A stretch of DNA of 62,586 bases, filler included, from Nemertoderma westbladi (lineage: Eukaryota; Animalia; Xenacoelomorpha): the NCBI GenBank assembly GCA_032718475.1. It is 4 parts of 4 records of this genome, joined end to end, with 100 filler letters (N's around TTAATTAATTAA, not from the genome) between each part and the next. Parts side by side here need not be neighbours in the genome. Positions count along the whole stretch, not along the records: positions 35,815 to 54,205 come from JAUCBJ010002112.1; 3 more parts are not named here. One strand, written 5' to 3'. Positions 36,955 through 51,900 of the stretch are shown here, piece after piece. Positions within the stretch are counted from its first letter, which is position 1. Each line of letters begins with the position of its first letter. The notes below the pieces were generated by a model, which searched no databases, was not told the origin of the DNA, and was given only the letters and a program-made list of their open reading frames with translations. A program made the position numbers and the translations under genes.

Positions 36955-39900
36955 GTTAGTTCCGTTAGTACTGTTCAGTTTATATGTTGCAGCTATATCT
37001 GCAACTCCCCCCCCCCCCCCACCCTTCCCCTGGACACTACACTATGTTCATTTTCTTATATTTCCTTCCCACATTATGCGAATCTAATGTAGGCCCTACT
37101 TATTTTACATTTACTCATCTTGTTTGGTGTTTTTTTTATTAGTTATAATTTGATTTTATATTTCTGGGTAAATAAATTTTAAAAATAAATTTTTATCCGA
37201 ATTCTAGATATTCCAATCCAATTTGACTCCTCAGTGATATATGTAGGCACCTTGATATGTCTGGTGTTAATATTAAAAGATCCAGTATTTGAGATGTCCG
37301 ACCCCGCAGCATTCTTTCGGACATTGCGATATGGCACGTTTTCAGCCGATTGCCGTTTTGTAAGAAACGTGGAGTCAACTGCGGAGATTACCACTATGCT
37401 AACCGTCGGTCTAGTTAGCTATCAAATTGCGGTGGCACCCAGATCAAATGCTGTGCATGTGAGTCTCATATTTACAGATATAATCCATCTGTGGTACATA
37501 GCAACGCGATTGATAACAGGCCGTGAAGTATACGGGTTGGAGATTCGCGATCGTAAGAAGGTCCGCAGTCTATACATAAAATCCTACGCGTTCGTTATGA
37601 ATATTATATCTATAGTTCCATTGGATACTCTTATAAGATTATTCCTTCCGGATACCGGCGGCACTAGTACAAGTAGTGTTGAAGCATTACTGGGGATACA
37701 TCGATATATACGACTCATAGAATTCTTCCGCATCCGTAGCAGATGGGAGGGGAGACCCGGAGCTAACATTACGTTACTTAAACTCAGCGGATTTGGTTTT
37801 TTACTTGTTCAGTGTGTCCATCAAATCGCTTGTCTCATGGTTTACATCGACTGCAACATTGTGTACCAGAAGAGTGATGCTGATGGGGGTATACATCATA
37901 TCGCAGTGTGCGACTCAAACTCTTGGGTTGAACTCATAAAGCAGAAACAAACCTTTGCTAAGTTAGACCTCCACTGGTCCCGTGATTGCTATGTGGTCGG
38001 AATTTACTGGGCTATAATAACAAGCATGTTGGTTGGCTTCGGCGATATAACCTTACCAAATAACAAAGAACAGATGGTAGCGATATTGACAATGCTATGG
38101 GGGTCATTTTGTATGACAGGTAGGTGGTATGTGTGTGTATACAATAGGATAGTACTCTATACGAAATTGGACCGAACTGCATCGAAAACGTGGCGAACTG
38201 GACCGCCAAATGAAAGATAATCTAAAAAAAACCAGCCATGGAGATAAGTGAAAATAAATAAAAATTGAAATTAATATGGTCAATTTATACATTGTAAATT
38301 TAATTGCGTTTAAAATATCGCTTAATTAAGATTATTTGCAGCTCCTCCACTGCTTTTACCAGTCTACCTGTTGAAGGTCTGCATGTGTATATATTGCAGT
38401 GCACAAAATACTGTATTTTGTGCACCGGTCTGCCGGTATATTGTTGAGTAGATACGTTCAATGAGAGGTAGACCTACAATATTGCAATATGCTGACATAA
38501 GTACGCTAAGGGTAGCTTACTTGTCAGACACATACAGACTGACAGACAAGTTAACATTATTATAAGGTATATGCAGGTAGGTCATAGGTGGGCCTACTTA
38601 GGTATGACTGCACTATTAAGCCCGGTACCGGTATCTTTTTATTATCTATACTACTGTACTTCGGCTTCCGGTACCGTCTTCCATTTCCATTGCTGCATTG
38701 AATACAACTACCGGTACGCACAATACTGCAATCTATTAACGCTATAAACCCAGATACCTGCTACCGGTACCCCTTCAGCAGTGTTTTATGTGAAGCAAGT
38801 AATTTTAATTTAGCGACATATTATAAGCAACTAAATTTACAATGTCTAAAAAAACCAAATGAAATTCAATATTAATTTTCACCTGTCTGCAAGGATGGTT
38901 GTTTTAGATTATCTTTCATTTGGCGGTTCAGTTTGGTCCATATCGCCACACTTTCGTTCCAGTTCGGTCCAGTTCGGCCCATATTCGTGTAGAGTACTAT
39001 CCTATACAATAGGACCATTCCAAACTTACGTACACACTTATATTTAATATATACATTTAATATAATTCGTTGAAAACAGAGAAGGTTAGCATGGTCCTGT
39101 TTGGCCATCCGTGCAGGGATGGGTATGTTCATGTTCAATACTGTAGTCAAACTGTATTGCTAAGTTAGGGTATTGCTTTTCGTAAAGGTGGGAGAAAATT
39201 CAAACGCGTTTTAGATTTTTTTTTACTTCTACTTTTTCGAATACGTTATTTTATTACATAAAACGCGCAGTTTTCAGTTAATATCTACGGATTTAGAGAT
39301 CAAGATATTTTACCGTAAATTAACTTAAACTCTTCCTTACATACATATGCTTCTAGTAACCGACGCATGGCACAGTGTGTTATGTACTTCTGTTAGGGCC
39401 TACTTTTAAATATTATATTGCTTCATTAAATTAATTCAAATACATACTGCTATGGCTAACGCCATAAATCAGGAAGATTTTCTCGATTTTATTGCTAATG
39501 ACATAGAGAAACTCGATAGAGCAACATTGCAGCTACAGTACATACCCAGGCATGCAGTTCACCTGTATACATTCATGGTTTCCCTGCAGAAACAACTGTC
39601 TGTAATCCTCGAGTCACAAGTCAAACTGAGGATCCTGCCAGATCCTTTGAGCTGTGGAACATTCCTTTAACAAATCGAACAAAGGCAAATAGAAGATGCA
39701 CAATGATGTAATCTCCGAGAGTAACAAGGGCATGGGAGGGAGGAACAATGATGTCACGAAGAATTGGCTGAGACACAACAATTGATAGACCACATCCAAC
39801 ACGAACCAGTTTCGGTTTATAGAGATATACACAGCATGTGCAGCGGCAACCTTGACGCAATCTCACTAGGTCAGCCTCTTCTAATTTAATACTTATGTTG

Positions 39901-42900
39901 AAGCATTTCTCTGTTGTCGCACAACTTGTTCCAATTCCAACAAATCTCTCTGGATTACGTTCATTTATTGAAATAGTGAATCAACCAAACAGCTTGGTTC
40001 TTTTTCAAAAAGATAAGTTCAGCTGCTGCACCCTCTCATCCACATCTCAAGAAGGCCAATATTTTGGACTTCATTCCCACATTAATGCTGTTAAACTTGC
40101 TCTTGTTTCCCCACAAGTTCTCACACCCTTTCATTCCAATCTTCAAGTGGCCTACATACTAACTCTTCTCGACTAAGATGACTTGGTTTCGCTTTATTAC
40201 AACCAATTTCCTCGGATTATCGTAATCGTACCCTGTGTGGATTGCAATTTTTACAGATATTTGGAATGGCAATATACAGTCATTGAACTTGAAACACTCG
40301 CAATCGCCTGGGCAGTAAAGAAATGTCACCTTATTGGCATCCCTGTAACATAATCGTGAGTGATCACAACACACTTATACCATTTTTCAATGATAAAACT
40401 CTCTCTTGACGCCATTGAGAATCCATGGTTGGGGCGACTCAAGGAGAAACATGCCTTCCTGGCAGATTGGAAGAAAGGTAAAGTTCACTATGCACCAGAT
40501 GCCTCTTGTGCTCATGCCCCAGTCTATAATCCCACATCGGGTGATGTTGTTTTTTAATATGGGATTAACACCAATATTTCTGAACATATTAATGCAACTG
40601 TCAATGCAATAACCGACTATAATTCCTGGCTTAATGACCATAATATTCAGGATTTGAAGGATAATGCTGTTGCTGATAAAATGTACTAGCAGTTAACAAC
40701 AATGTTGCTCAAGTAGGTCACCTTGAGAGGAAAATCCTAACCCTAAATCCAAAAACGGGGGTCCAGAAATTCAGAGTCTCTCAAAATAATTCACAGGGGC
40801 ACGCGTGTTCGACACCCACCAAACCATTACGGATATAAAAACTAACGCTGACTAAATCCCAGCAGGGATGACGCTCAAAACTTACTGCGAAGGGTTAAAA
40901 CTGCTCGACTGCCCGCACTCTCTTCCACCCACCATATTGCCTACGTGCCGGTCCACCTGCCCACCCACCCACCCAACCTACTACCCACCGTCCCTCATAC
41001 CCACCCACGCAACCTACTACCCACCCACCCTCATACCCAGCCACTTGCCTGACCACCCACCAATCCAACCACTCACAAGCCTTCCTGCCGGCCCACCTTC
41101 ATACCCATTCACCAGCAAGTACGCACACCCGCCCACCCATCAGTCAGCCAATAAAGTCTTCAATTCATTTAGGTTTGCTGAATGGAACACTTGCAGCAAT
41201 TATGGCTGACAGACATCAGAATACTGCAAGTTTTACAAAGCACAGCAAGAAAGTGAAGCAATATCTCAAAGCGATCAACTGTCCTGATGATATCAACAAA
41301 ACTGTTATGGATCATTACAGGTTTGTACACTTTTGTGATATTTATCATTATAATTTCACCCTGGCGAAGTAATATAAACATAATTTAACAGAAAACTATA
41401 CATTTCACGCAACACGGAATACACCGTGACAAGCCCCCAACCCCCCCCCCCCCCCCCAAACTGTTCTACAAATCTTAATAAAATTGCATGAAATTTGAAA
41501 CAGTTTCACTTTCATCCTCCTTAGTGGGTGAGCCAGGAATTGTGTCCATCGATATTGCGTCAGTCGTACTACAGTTATTCTCCAACCTTAATAGAGATTT
41601 ATAGTGGAAAAGCTGGCCGTGCAAGGATTCCAAATATCTACAAATATTTGAATTTTGTTGGTAAATAGCTGAGTTATGGGAATTCGAATGTTGCATGTAT
41701 TTGCTACCGCTGCAGGCCATTTATTCTATTTAATAATACACATGTTCTAGAACATTTTGTTTATGTATGAATATCCATGTACTAGTCATTAGGCATTGCT
41801 CCCAAGCTACTATGAGATAAACGATGGCATTTGGATGGAAGAAGTTGAGGATACGAAAATGAACTTACTGACTTGAACCGATTTTATTTCTAATTAAATT
41901 AATTAACTATTACGTGGATACTTAACAATTATATGGAGAATATCACTATGAGATAAGGCGTTCTAGAATTATAAGGCGATGCAGCCGTGCGGGACTGGAG
42001 GCGTTCTAGAATTATAAGGCGATGCAGCCGTGCGGGACTGGAGGCGGACTGGAGGCAAACTATTATTTGTTAATCTTCATAATTTATAATCACCCATTTT
42101 ACGAATACTAACAAATTTTAGACAATTATATTCTGGAAATATAATTATTATAAATTAATTATTGTGTTGTACGTGTTTTCGATAAGGCGTTCTAAACTGT
42201 AGATCATGACGGCGGAATTTAATAGCTAATTTGAGTGTTTAAGTTACAAAGCAAAAACACACTGGAAATACTGTATAATGTAAATGCAAAATCAAAACAC
42301 TTCTACATACTGTATTTATCAAAATGATCTTTAACTTTTGTTCTTATAACCCATCAAATTGATTGCATGTTAAACATTCGGCACTAGTGTGTTATAGGTA
42401 CACCCCCCCTCAATTTTTTTTACTAGCTAGTTTTTGCTATTTCTATTTATGAACATGTTCTAGAACATGTTAGCTATTAAAAAAATATATATATATGTTC
42501 TAGAAAAAAAATTTTTGTTCTAGAACAATTTTAAAAAAAATTAAGAAAATTAAAGTACTATTTTTATGTTTTAATAATGTTCTAGAACATGTTAGCTATT
42601 CAGAACTAGAAAAAAAAAGTTCTAGAACAAATAGTTTTTGTTCTAGAACAGTTCAAATGGTACTAGTGTGTTATAGCTACACCCCCCCTCAAATTTTTAT
42701 TACTAGCTAGTTTTTGCTATTTCTTTTTTTTTGAAATGTTCTAGAACATAAAATACATTTGAAAAAAAATAATAAAATGTTCTAGAACAAATATTTTTTG
42801 TTCTAGAACAAAAAATTAAAAAATCATACAAATTTTATTTTTTGTTAGTTTTTTTTATTTGATGTCAAGGAAAGTGAATTTTCTAGAATAATATAATTTC

Positions 42901-45900
42901 TATAGCTAAAATTTGTGATTGCTAACACGTAAATAATGACTGATTTGGGTATAGTGGAAATGTGTAAGAACTTAATGTGTGAGGAAAGTGCAATTTTTTA
43001 CGCACAGTCAATTGGCCTTTTACCATCCAATGATGACAAGATAATCCGACAATGTTCGAAAATAGGTTGTGATGCTCAAACACGCGTTACATTACTAAAG
43101 AATAAAAGTCGTCTACATTTGATTCACAGATGTAAAGGAAAAGGTAAACATATAGAATCTGCTCGCAAAGGTACCTGGTTTTCTAATTCGAAATTTATGA
43201 TACGTCAAGTTCTATGGATTGAGTACACTTTCGTCAATGCCATTGACTTTACAACAACTCACCGTATGTTAAAAGGAATTATAGGGCAAATCAATAATCA
43301 CAGCCTTGTAGATTGGCATAATTACACGCGGGAATTGTTACACAAAGAAAATCCATTTTCTGATCTATTGCATTTGATTATAAAATATTACCCGCTGCGC
43401 GACGTCTGCTACATATTAAATATTACACAGTATATGTATTCGAAGCATTAATCATTAATTTATCTATGTAACTATCATTAATTTCTGAATATAATGACCT
43501 CAATACAGTGAATTTTTATTTTTAATTAGCTATTAAAAAAATACTAGCTAACCCCCCCCCAAAACCCATCTTGCCAGCAACGATTAAAAAATTATATGAA
43601 ACAAATTCTAAATAAAATTAAAAAAAAAATTTCATTTTTTTAACTGTTCTAGAACAAAAACTATTTGTTCTAGAACTTTTTTTTTCTAGTTCTGAATAGC
43701 TAACATGTTCTAGAACATTATTAAAATAGAAAAATAGTATATTAATTTTTTTAATTTTTTTAAATATTGTTCTAGAACAAAAAATATTTGTTCTAGAACA
43801 TTTTATTATTTTTTTTCAAATGTATTTCATGTTCTAGAACATTTCAAAAAAAAAGAAATAGCAAAAACTAGCTAGTAATAAAAATTTGGAGGGAGGTGTA
43901 GGTATAACACACTAGTGCCGTTCAAATAATATAAAAAATTTTTTTTTAATTTTATTTAGAATTTGTTTCATATAATTTTTAATCGTTGCTGGGAAGAGGG
44001 GGTTTTTTTGGGGGGGGGGGGGGGGGGGGGGGGTTAGCTAGTTTTTTTTTTAATAGCTAATTAAAATTAAAAAATTCACTGTATTGAGGTCATTATATTC
44101 AGAAATTAATGATATGCTTAGAATACGTATACTGTATAATAGATATTATTTAGCAGACAGCGGGTAATATTTTCTGATCAAATCCAACAGAGCAGAAAAT
44201 TGGTTTTCTTTGTGTAGAAGCTTCCAACGAAACTCAGCAAGTCAAATCTTAGCTATAGAAATTCGAATATTCTAGAAAATTCAATTTCCTTGACATCAAA
44301 TAAAAAAATACTACCAAAAATATCATTTGTAAGCTTTTTTTAAAATTTGTTCTAGAACAAAAATTATTTGTTCTAGAACATTTTATTATTTTTTTTCAAA
44401 TGTATCTCATGTTCTAGAACATTTCATAAAAAGAAATAGCAAAAACTAGCTAGTAAAAAAAAGTTGAGGAGGGGTGTACCAGACACTAGTACCAAACATT
44501 CTAGAACGGTAGCTACTGTAGTACCAAATATTAAATATTTAGCTAAACATTTTGCGTTAATTTATATCGTTATAATGTGTCTCCACTTTTATGAACATTT
44601 TTTTGCTATTTTCAGAAGTATTTTGTGGAAATTGTCTTTCTAAATTGATAGGTGATTTTCTACAATAATGGTAGTAAATTTTTTTCTACAAAATCTCTTA
44701 GAATCCCATCCAGAATTATACAAGCTGTATACAAGCAAAGCTGTGCCCAAAAAAGGTTATAAGATTTATATGCACTGCGCTGTTTTTGACCCCCGCACAT
44801 GACGAGAATTTGAGAACACAGCTTTACCCGAATCGATACTGCTCGTATTGAACGAATGAACTGGAGTTTCCAAAGCACTGCGGGGAAGGTCGCATCTAAT
44901 CTTATAATCTAATCTAATCTTATAAAATTTTCTGCGCTTTTTTTTCGGCTTTTTTGCGGAATCTTGTCGATCTGCTGCCTGGTACTATAAACACCAACCT
45001 CTGTTTTTTTTCGGATTTATCTGAAGATAGTTATTTATCATCCAAGAGCATCTACTATCAGTTCTAGGACAAAATATTGTTCTTAATGCTATCGATCTCA
45101 GTGGCCTTCACAGAAACAAATTGAATGATAATTGTTCCAGCATGACAAAGAAATCAGTTGTATATGCATTATATAATGCGGGTCCCAAGATGATGCCCTG
45201 GGAACTCCTGTTTTTAGATGGTGCTTTGGAGAATGTTCATTTTCAATTACAACTACCTGACGCATGTTTTCCGGCCGTGTTAAGAAATCGCTGTTGTAAA
45301 CACAACAAACATTTATGGTGTGAACCTGTGAACACATTTAACATTTAGGTGTAACTAGTTATTATTTATTAGTCAGAATAGTACGATACCCCAAAAGGGA
45401 CATGATTTGACAAAAAAATACAACTTTCTAACATTTCTAAATGAATATTGTATTGAGGGATATTATTAAATAATGATTTTTCTTCAATTTAGTTATGTGT
45501 GGAATGTGTACCACGGGAGACAAGTGGATGTTTCTAAGGATACGATATTCTTTGACTACCTAGTGAATGCCGAAGCATATAACATCATTTTGCAGAAAAG
45601 TAAACTTTTGTACGACCTTCCGAAGGCATTTTCCAGGCATTTGCATCGGAAATTCAAGGAACAATTAGCGGTGCCCAATGAAATAATATTTGAGAAGGGC
45701 ACTATTAATGATGCCTTAATATTTGTGTCTAAAGGTTCGGTTGAAGAGGAACACGAAGGTTTAGAAGATAATGTTGAGTATATTGTTGGAGATATTTTAT
45801 GTGAGAAGGCACTTGTCGAGAATACTATTTGGGACTACAACATGCGTTCCACGAATTACACGCAGATTGTGGTTTTACATAGACGACATTTACATAATGC

Positions 45901-48900
45901 CATGGCGTCGTTTGACGATGTATGCAAAATTATCCAATCTCGACAAAGAACCTTATTAGATGAGATGCGAGCATCAGATGTCAAAGATATAGGTATCGAT
46001 AAAGATATCGATAAAGGTACGCGAAAGTCATTCATTCAAGAAATGCCAGATGTTCAGAAACCGCCTACTGTTAAAATGTCAATGCAATCATTCAATGAAA
46101 CAATAGTAAACTTAATCGATTATATAAGACAAATTAAAGCTAAATTTAAATGGTTTATAAATGAACTCGCATCTCCAAAGTCGCCAGTAACCAAGTATTA
46201 TGAATACTTTCTTTTCGCCGTGATTATTGCAAGTTCCTTATATATTCTCAACATTGTCACTCATAATCTTGATGGACATGCGGCATTGCCTGTATGTTGG
46301 ATATTTGAAGTATTATTTGCATTCGATATATATGTCAGGCTGCATATGGCCGTGTTCAGTTACAACGGGGATTTGTTGTTTGATAAGGTCACCATTCGTA
46401 ATGCTTACCTATATCGCCCTGTATTTATCATTGACCTCCTGCCAGCATTACCCTTTGAATACCTTCTTTCCATAGTTCATGCATTTGGCTTTATTGGGGT
46501 ATTAATTCTGGACAGATGGATAATACGCATTCATATTAACTGTGTATAGCAATAGCAGAGTTATTTTTTTGAAATTTTCTATATTTTTGAAAAATGTACT
46601 TTTTCTTGAAAATGTCCATTATTTTGAAAATAAAAATCCGATGTAATTGTTTATACTCTTAGATTAGAGATATGTGAACCGTTTTGTTACATTGAATGTA
46701 ACTAGAGATTATTGACTAGAGCCAAGTATAGGTAAGTGCAAGTGTTCCAACTCGGGCCACTGACCCCTTCCGTGAATTTTTGCAACAAATTTTATCCATA
46801 ACCTAAAATATTTCAAGGGGCAATGTTAAACAAGCAAATATTCGGAAAAATTTATTACAAAATGTAATGTAAAGTATAATGCTGCATGTTTCCTTTATCC
46901 AGAATTGATGCAATTATAGGAGGAAAATTACAAAGTTTTCGTGAATTTATCACTGTTGCATCTCATCCTTAAGATATTTAAGATTCCACGACTGTTTCGG
47001 TTACTGGATGATGATCTAAACGTATCTCCTTTGAAAACACTGTTATTTAAAATGGTTGTCTACACTTTCGTATACCTTCTCTACATTGTATCGGGCAGCT
47101 TGTATATTTCTGTTTGTGGTTTTGAGAAGTGTAACACAAAGTCATGGCTGCAAGAAATTCTCAAAATTGAACAAGTTGAAAAAGCGTTTGAAACAGGGGA
47201 AACAATAGAGCCAAATATAATTCTCAACTACACTTGGAGTTACTATTCTTCGTTGTACTATACAATATCCACAATAACTACAACTGGATATGGTGATATG
47301 ACCCCTAAATCCTTAGACGAAATGATTATTATTTGTCTTTGTATATTGTTTTCTCATTTTCTATTGGGATTTGTGCAAGCCAACATTGCCACATTGATAG
47401 TTAACAGGGAACGGAATGCTGTTAAGTTCAAAGAGACATTAACATACGCGACACATTTACTTGCGAGCAACAATATTCTAGAACAGACACAGGTAAGTCT
47501 TAAACAGAGCATGCGGGCCATATGGGATGAATTTCATGGGGAGGTTATACCGGGTCATACACATATAATGGATGACCTACCCTCGCCGTCGTTAAGATCT
47601 GCCGTGAAATATATCGAATGCCAATCTTTTCTGAATAGTAATGTAATTTTTCAAACATTGCCCAGGCACGTAGTATATAAATTGTTGGATCACATGAACT
47701 TGTACATATTTGCTCCACATCAAACAATAAAACATCATTCTGGTTTGAGAACAAGTTATTATATAATATGCAGTGGCATGGTTGAGGTGAGAAAACCTAT
47801 TCGTAAAATGCGTGGTTATAGACTTCGGTACAGAAGTGTATGCACACTGGCACAACGTGATTATTTTGGTCTCAGTATGTCATCAATTGGATTACAGTTT
47901 CGAGCTGTGTCAAAAGTGAAAGTTTACATAATTGGCTCAGAAGCGCTGTGGGCCCTTCAAAATGAGCATCCAGACACTGGGCACTGGGTCAATGACCTAT
48001 TTGGCGAACTGCAGGAGTTTAGAGAAGATAAGGTTGGAGATCATGTTGCCAAATTTGCTAATAAGATTGGTGGTGATACTGATGGGGGAATTAATAAAGA
48101 TAGGCTTGATCAGGTTGATATTGGTATTGATGATATATATGCTGATTCAGATACTGATTATGTTGCTGATGATGTTTCTGTAGGTTTATCATTTGTTTCG
48201 GCAAATGTGGAAATAGAAAAAACATCACTAGTTTCTCAAGAATCATTAATTGGTGAAGAGGAAGGTTTCAAAGGTAAAGGACCATGTGCTATAATTTTAC
48301 GATACATTACTAGCTGGATATCACTGCACATTATTCGCAAAGCCCTTATTATCACTGTCTATTTCACATCCATATTTTCAGTGACATCGAATTTCTACAT
48401 ATGGGCTTTTATGCACATACTACATCCAGATGATAAACAAAGAATTTTGTTCATATTTCTTTCATGGTATGTTGCTGATTTTATATTGTGGTTTGATATG
48501 ATCGTTCAGTGGCATAGTATTGAATCTTATCTTAATAGGATTATTCTTATTATTGCTAATTTTCCATTTGAATGTTTTGCTGGTTGTATTTATGGATTCC
48601 AGATGGATGATACACATGCTAATGTAGCAACATTGAGGTTAGTAAAGATACTTCATATAACCCGCTCAGTCCCATTCATTCAATCCACTCTAAATGATGT
48701 CAAACGAGATACTATTCGACTTCAAAAGATCGTTTTCTCTGTTGCTACACTTATCATAGTATTTATTTGCTCGTGTATCCTGTATTACATCTCCTGCCCA
48801 CCAAGCAATATTGCTTGTATACTTTTCCACTATGACTGCCCTGCCATCGAATACATATACGATGATGGTGGCGGGAAGTACAATTGGTCTATTCGGGTGT

Positions 48901-51900
48901 TAGACTATCTATACGACGAGGAGATTCGAGGGTCAGGGTTTTTAGGCGAAGGTTCCAGATGTTTCGCTCATACTTGGGTAGCTTCATTGTCTGATGATAT
49001 AGTTAAATCCTGGGACACAGTTAAACAATCATTTGCCTATACCGAACTTTCATTTTCAATATATTATGCGATGGCCACTGCAATGAATGTTGGATACGGA
49101 GATATACTACCACGGTCTGACATTGAGAGGGGTTTGTGTATGATTATGATGATAGGTGGAATGTTGTGCAACTATTACGCTTCCGGCGTATTGTCTGCTG
49201 CACTCTCTACAAACGAAGACAAAGATATGTACATTGAAAATGTAAAAAAGTCAAAAGAACTTATGAAAAAATCGAGGGTAAGTGAAAATACACGGAAAGC
49301 CGTGTCAAGGTTCTTTTCCTACAACTGGGATCGAACTGGCGGGATCAATCCGAAGAAAGTCTTCAGAGGCCTTAATCCGACACAGATTGAGGACTTGTGT
49401 TATAAGATGTACAAACCTTTTATGGATCAGGTTTTTGTTTTTAGGGACTCTGATGACACATTAATGAGACAGCTAGTAGTAGCTATAGATCTACAATACT
49501 ATATGGAGAGGGAAGTAGTTTTTCGTGAGGGGGACAGTGGAGAGTTTATATACTTTATTACTCGAGGTGAAGTTTCCCTCATAAATCAATTCGATAATAA
49601 AGTTTACTGTAAATTAGGTGTTGGTGAAAGCTTTGGAGAAGCGTCTGTATTGTTTAATATTACCCAATCTGAAACTGTGGTATGCTCCTCATACGTTGAT
49701 GTTTATGCGCTTTCTAAAGCAGATTTTGATAAAATATTTACTGCTGGAAAATATATGGAAGTCAGAACCTGTTTTGAAAACCGTGCCCATGACAGACTTC
49801 GTGAAGTTTACTTATACAAGAAATTCTTCGGATCAGACCGCGATCCCTCCAAAAATAATTTACCTCGCAATTGTGTTGATGAGTTAGTTAGAAATAATGA
49901 GGGAAGTAAATCTGTCGAGTTATTAAAACCTTCTTATACAGATTCAAAAAATGTTGAAGGTAAATCTACTGAGTTGAAAGGTCCTTCAAATGAGGACTTG
50001 CAAAAGATTACATCTACATTGAAGGTAGCTCAAGTATTTACTGAAAATGAGGAAGTTCAGAAAAGAATAGTTGATGATCGAAAATCTTTTCGAACAGAAA
50101 AATTGGGCGTTCTGATACCTCACTCAAAAAGTTCATTTGCCCTGAATGCATTGGTTTTCGTATTGAGTGTATTCTCAGTGTGGCTATGCTTGTACGATTA
50201 TACATTTACACCACAAAATAATGAGTGGGTTAAGATGGCGAGCGTATGCTTGGATGTTTTGTATACTCTACGCTTTGTTTCAAAATTATATACCGCTCAT
50301 CTAACAAAGAATCATGAATTGGTTACAGATAAGAAAGAAATCTGGGCCATGTATTGTAATGATGATAAAGGTTTGTATTGGGACATTGTTGCGTGGACAC
50401 CCATCAGCGTGATCGCATACGTTGTAGATTTAAATACAGGAGAGGTGGGAGGAATACTGGATTATAAACCAGCAATCAATGTTCTATCCTCTGTTAAGCT
50501 CTTTCATATATTTCGTCTTCATGGTATATTTCAATTTTGTGCTGAGTGGAGAGAATATCTTTACGCCAATCACTTTGCGGCAACGATTGTTACCCAGGCA
50601 ACATTGTTTCTGGTCGTTGTCAATATTTTGGCATGTTTCTGGTATTGCTACGCTTGTCCTCAAAGTTATGCTTGCTTTGCGCATTCCTGGATGGCAAAGG
50701 TTTCAGGAACACTGAGAAATACTTGGTCCAGAGTAAGTTACATTTTATAGACCACTACTTAATTCCAGTCGTATACTAATTATATTTACTGATTAATTTT
50801 CTTTTAATAAAATGTCGGTTCTTTTCTATATTGGTCCTACAATCCTGACTTGTTCTTGTTTAAAAACTGTGCACAGTAATCTTATGAAGTGTTAGATTAC
50901 CACGGAGTATGTAATGTTATGTGAAAATGGAAACCTTAACTTTCACTATATAAATTGTATAATAATTTTTGAATTTTGGATTCATATTATTGTTATAATT
51001 TTCAAAATTAAAATCAATTAAAGTCGGAATTGACTTATAGGTGGGACCTCCAGGTTGGATTCAGGTGGGATCGAACTGGTGACCTCCAGGTTGGATGTCT
51101 GTAGCTCTAACCATTCTGATAACAGCTCAGGTAAAACGTAGACCTGGAAAGACAACCTGATAATTTGTTAAACTCCTTTAGTAGGCCCTACAGAATATTT
51201 TTTATTTATCTTTTTTATCTATACTGATGATGTTTTAAATTTTGTGTGTGGTTGAAGCGGGATTATTCTTTCCGACTTACTATATATTAAATAGAACATC
51301 TGTACAGTGTATGATAATGAGATACCTGATACTTACCTAACAACTCAGGAATGAAAAATATTTGTTATCAGGACTGCTAAGCGTGACTACGCGTAGCACC
51401 TACGCGAATTCTATATGCGTAGTTTCAAAATACCTAGGCGTTGTCATAAAAATCATACGTGTAGTTTTAAAACATCTACGCCGCGTAGTTGTTAAAAAGG
51501 CACTAAGTCTGGCCCTGCGAATGACAAGAATGAAAGTTACAAATTACGTACTGAAATACGTTATTCCCACCACCATAAACAAAGAATACTGTACCTTATT
51601 ACTTAGGGCTGGCTGTGGCGGGAAATTAAAAAAAAACAATATATTTTAAAAACAATTTTCTCCAAAAACAATTTGTTTATTTTATCTAGAAACAACAAAT
51701 TATTTTATGGCAATAATATCAATATGACATTTTCTAAAATGAATCTGGTAAACTGCAATATACTGAAGCAATCAGTTTAACAGCTTATCTTTAATGTTTC
51801 AGTATATTGTGAGCTTATATTGGGCAACTGCAACAATTACCACTGTTGGGTATGGTGACGTGACTGCAACTCATAAAGACGAGGCCCTTTATTCCATTAT

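Larger units (their letters stand above)
42380..44493 (-). mobile_element. Merlin-family non-autonomous element (outer)
   Basis: TIR GG(C/T)ACTAGTGT, exact 8-bp TSD AAACATTC (42372-42379, 44494-44501). Many TGTTCTAGAACA palindromes. Internal sequence is the reverse complement of the inner copy. Confidence 0.88.

Noticed and set aside
38120-38220. C-terminal tail of ORF 37234-38220
   Set aside because: It lies past the splice donor at 38120 and runs into the MULE TIR, so it is intronic read-through.
47491-47498. Strong donor-like AG|GTAAGT inside the large exon
   Set aside because: The reading frame and C-linker alignment continue unbroken. Treated as cryptic, though alternative use cannot be excluded.
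51060-51128. Functional tRNA gene
   Set aside because: A and B boxes are present but the acceptor and anticodon stems are poor. It is better explained as a SINE remnant.
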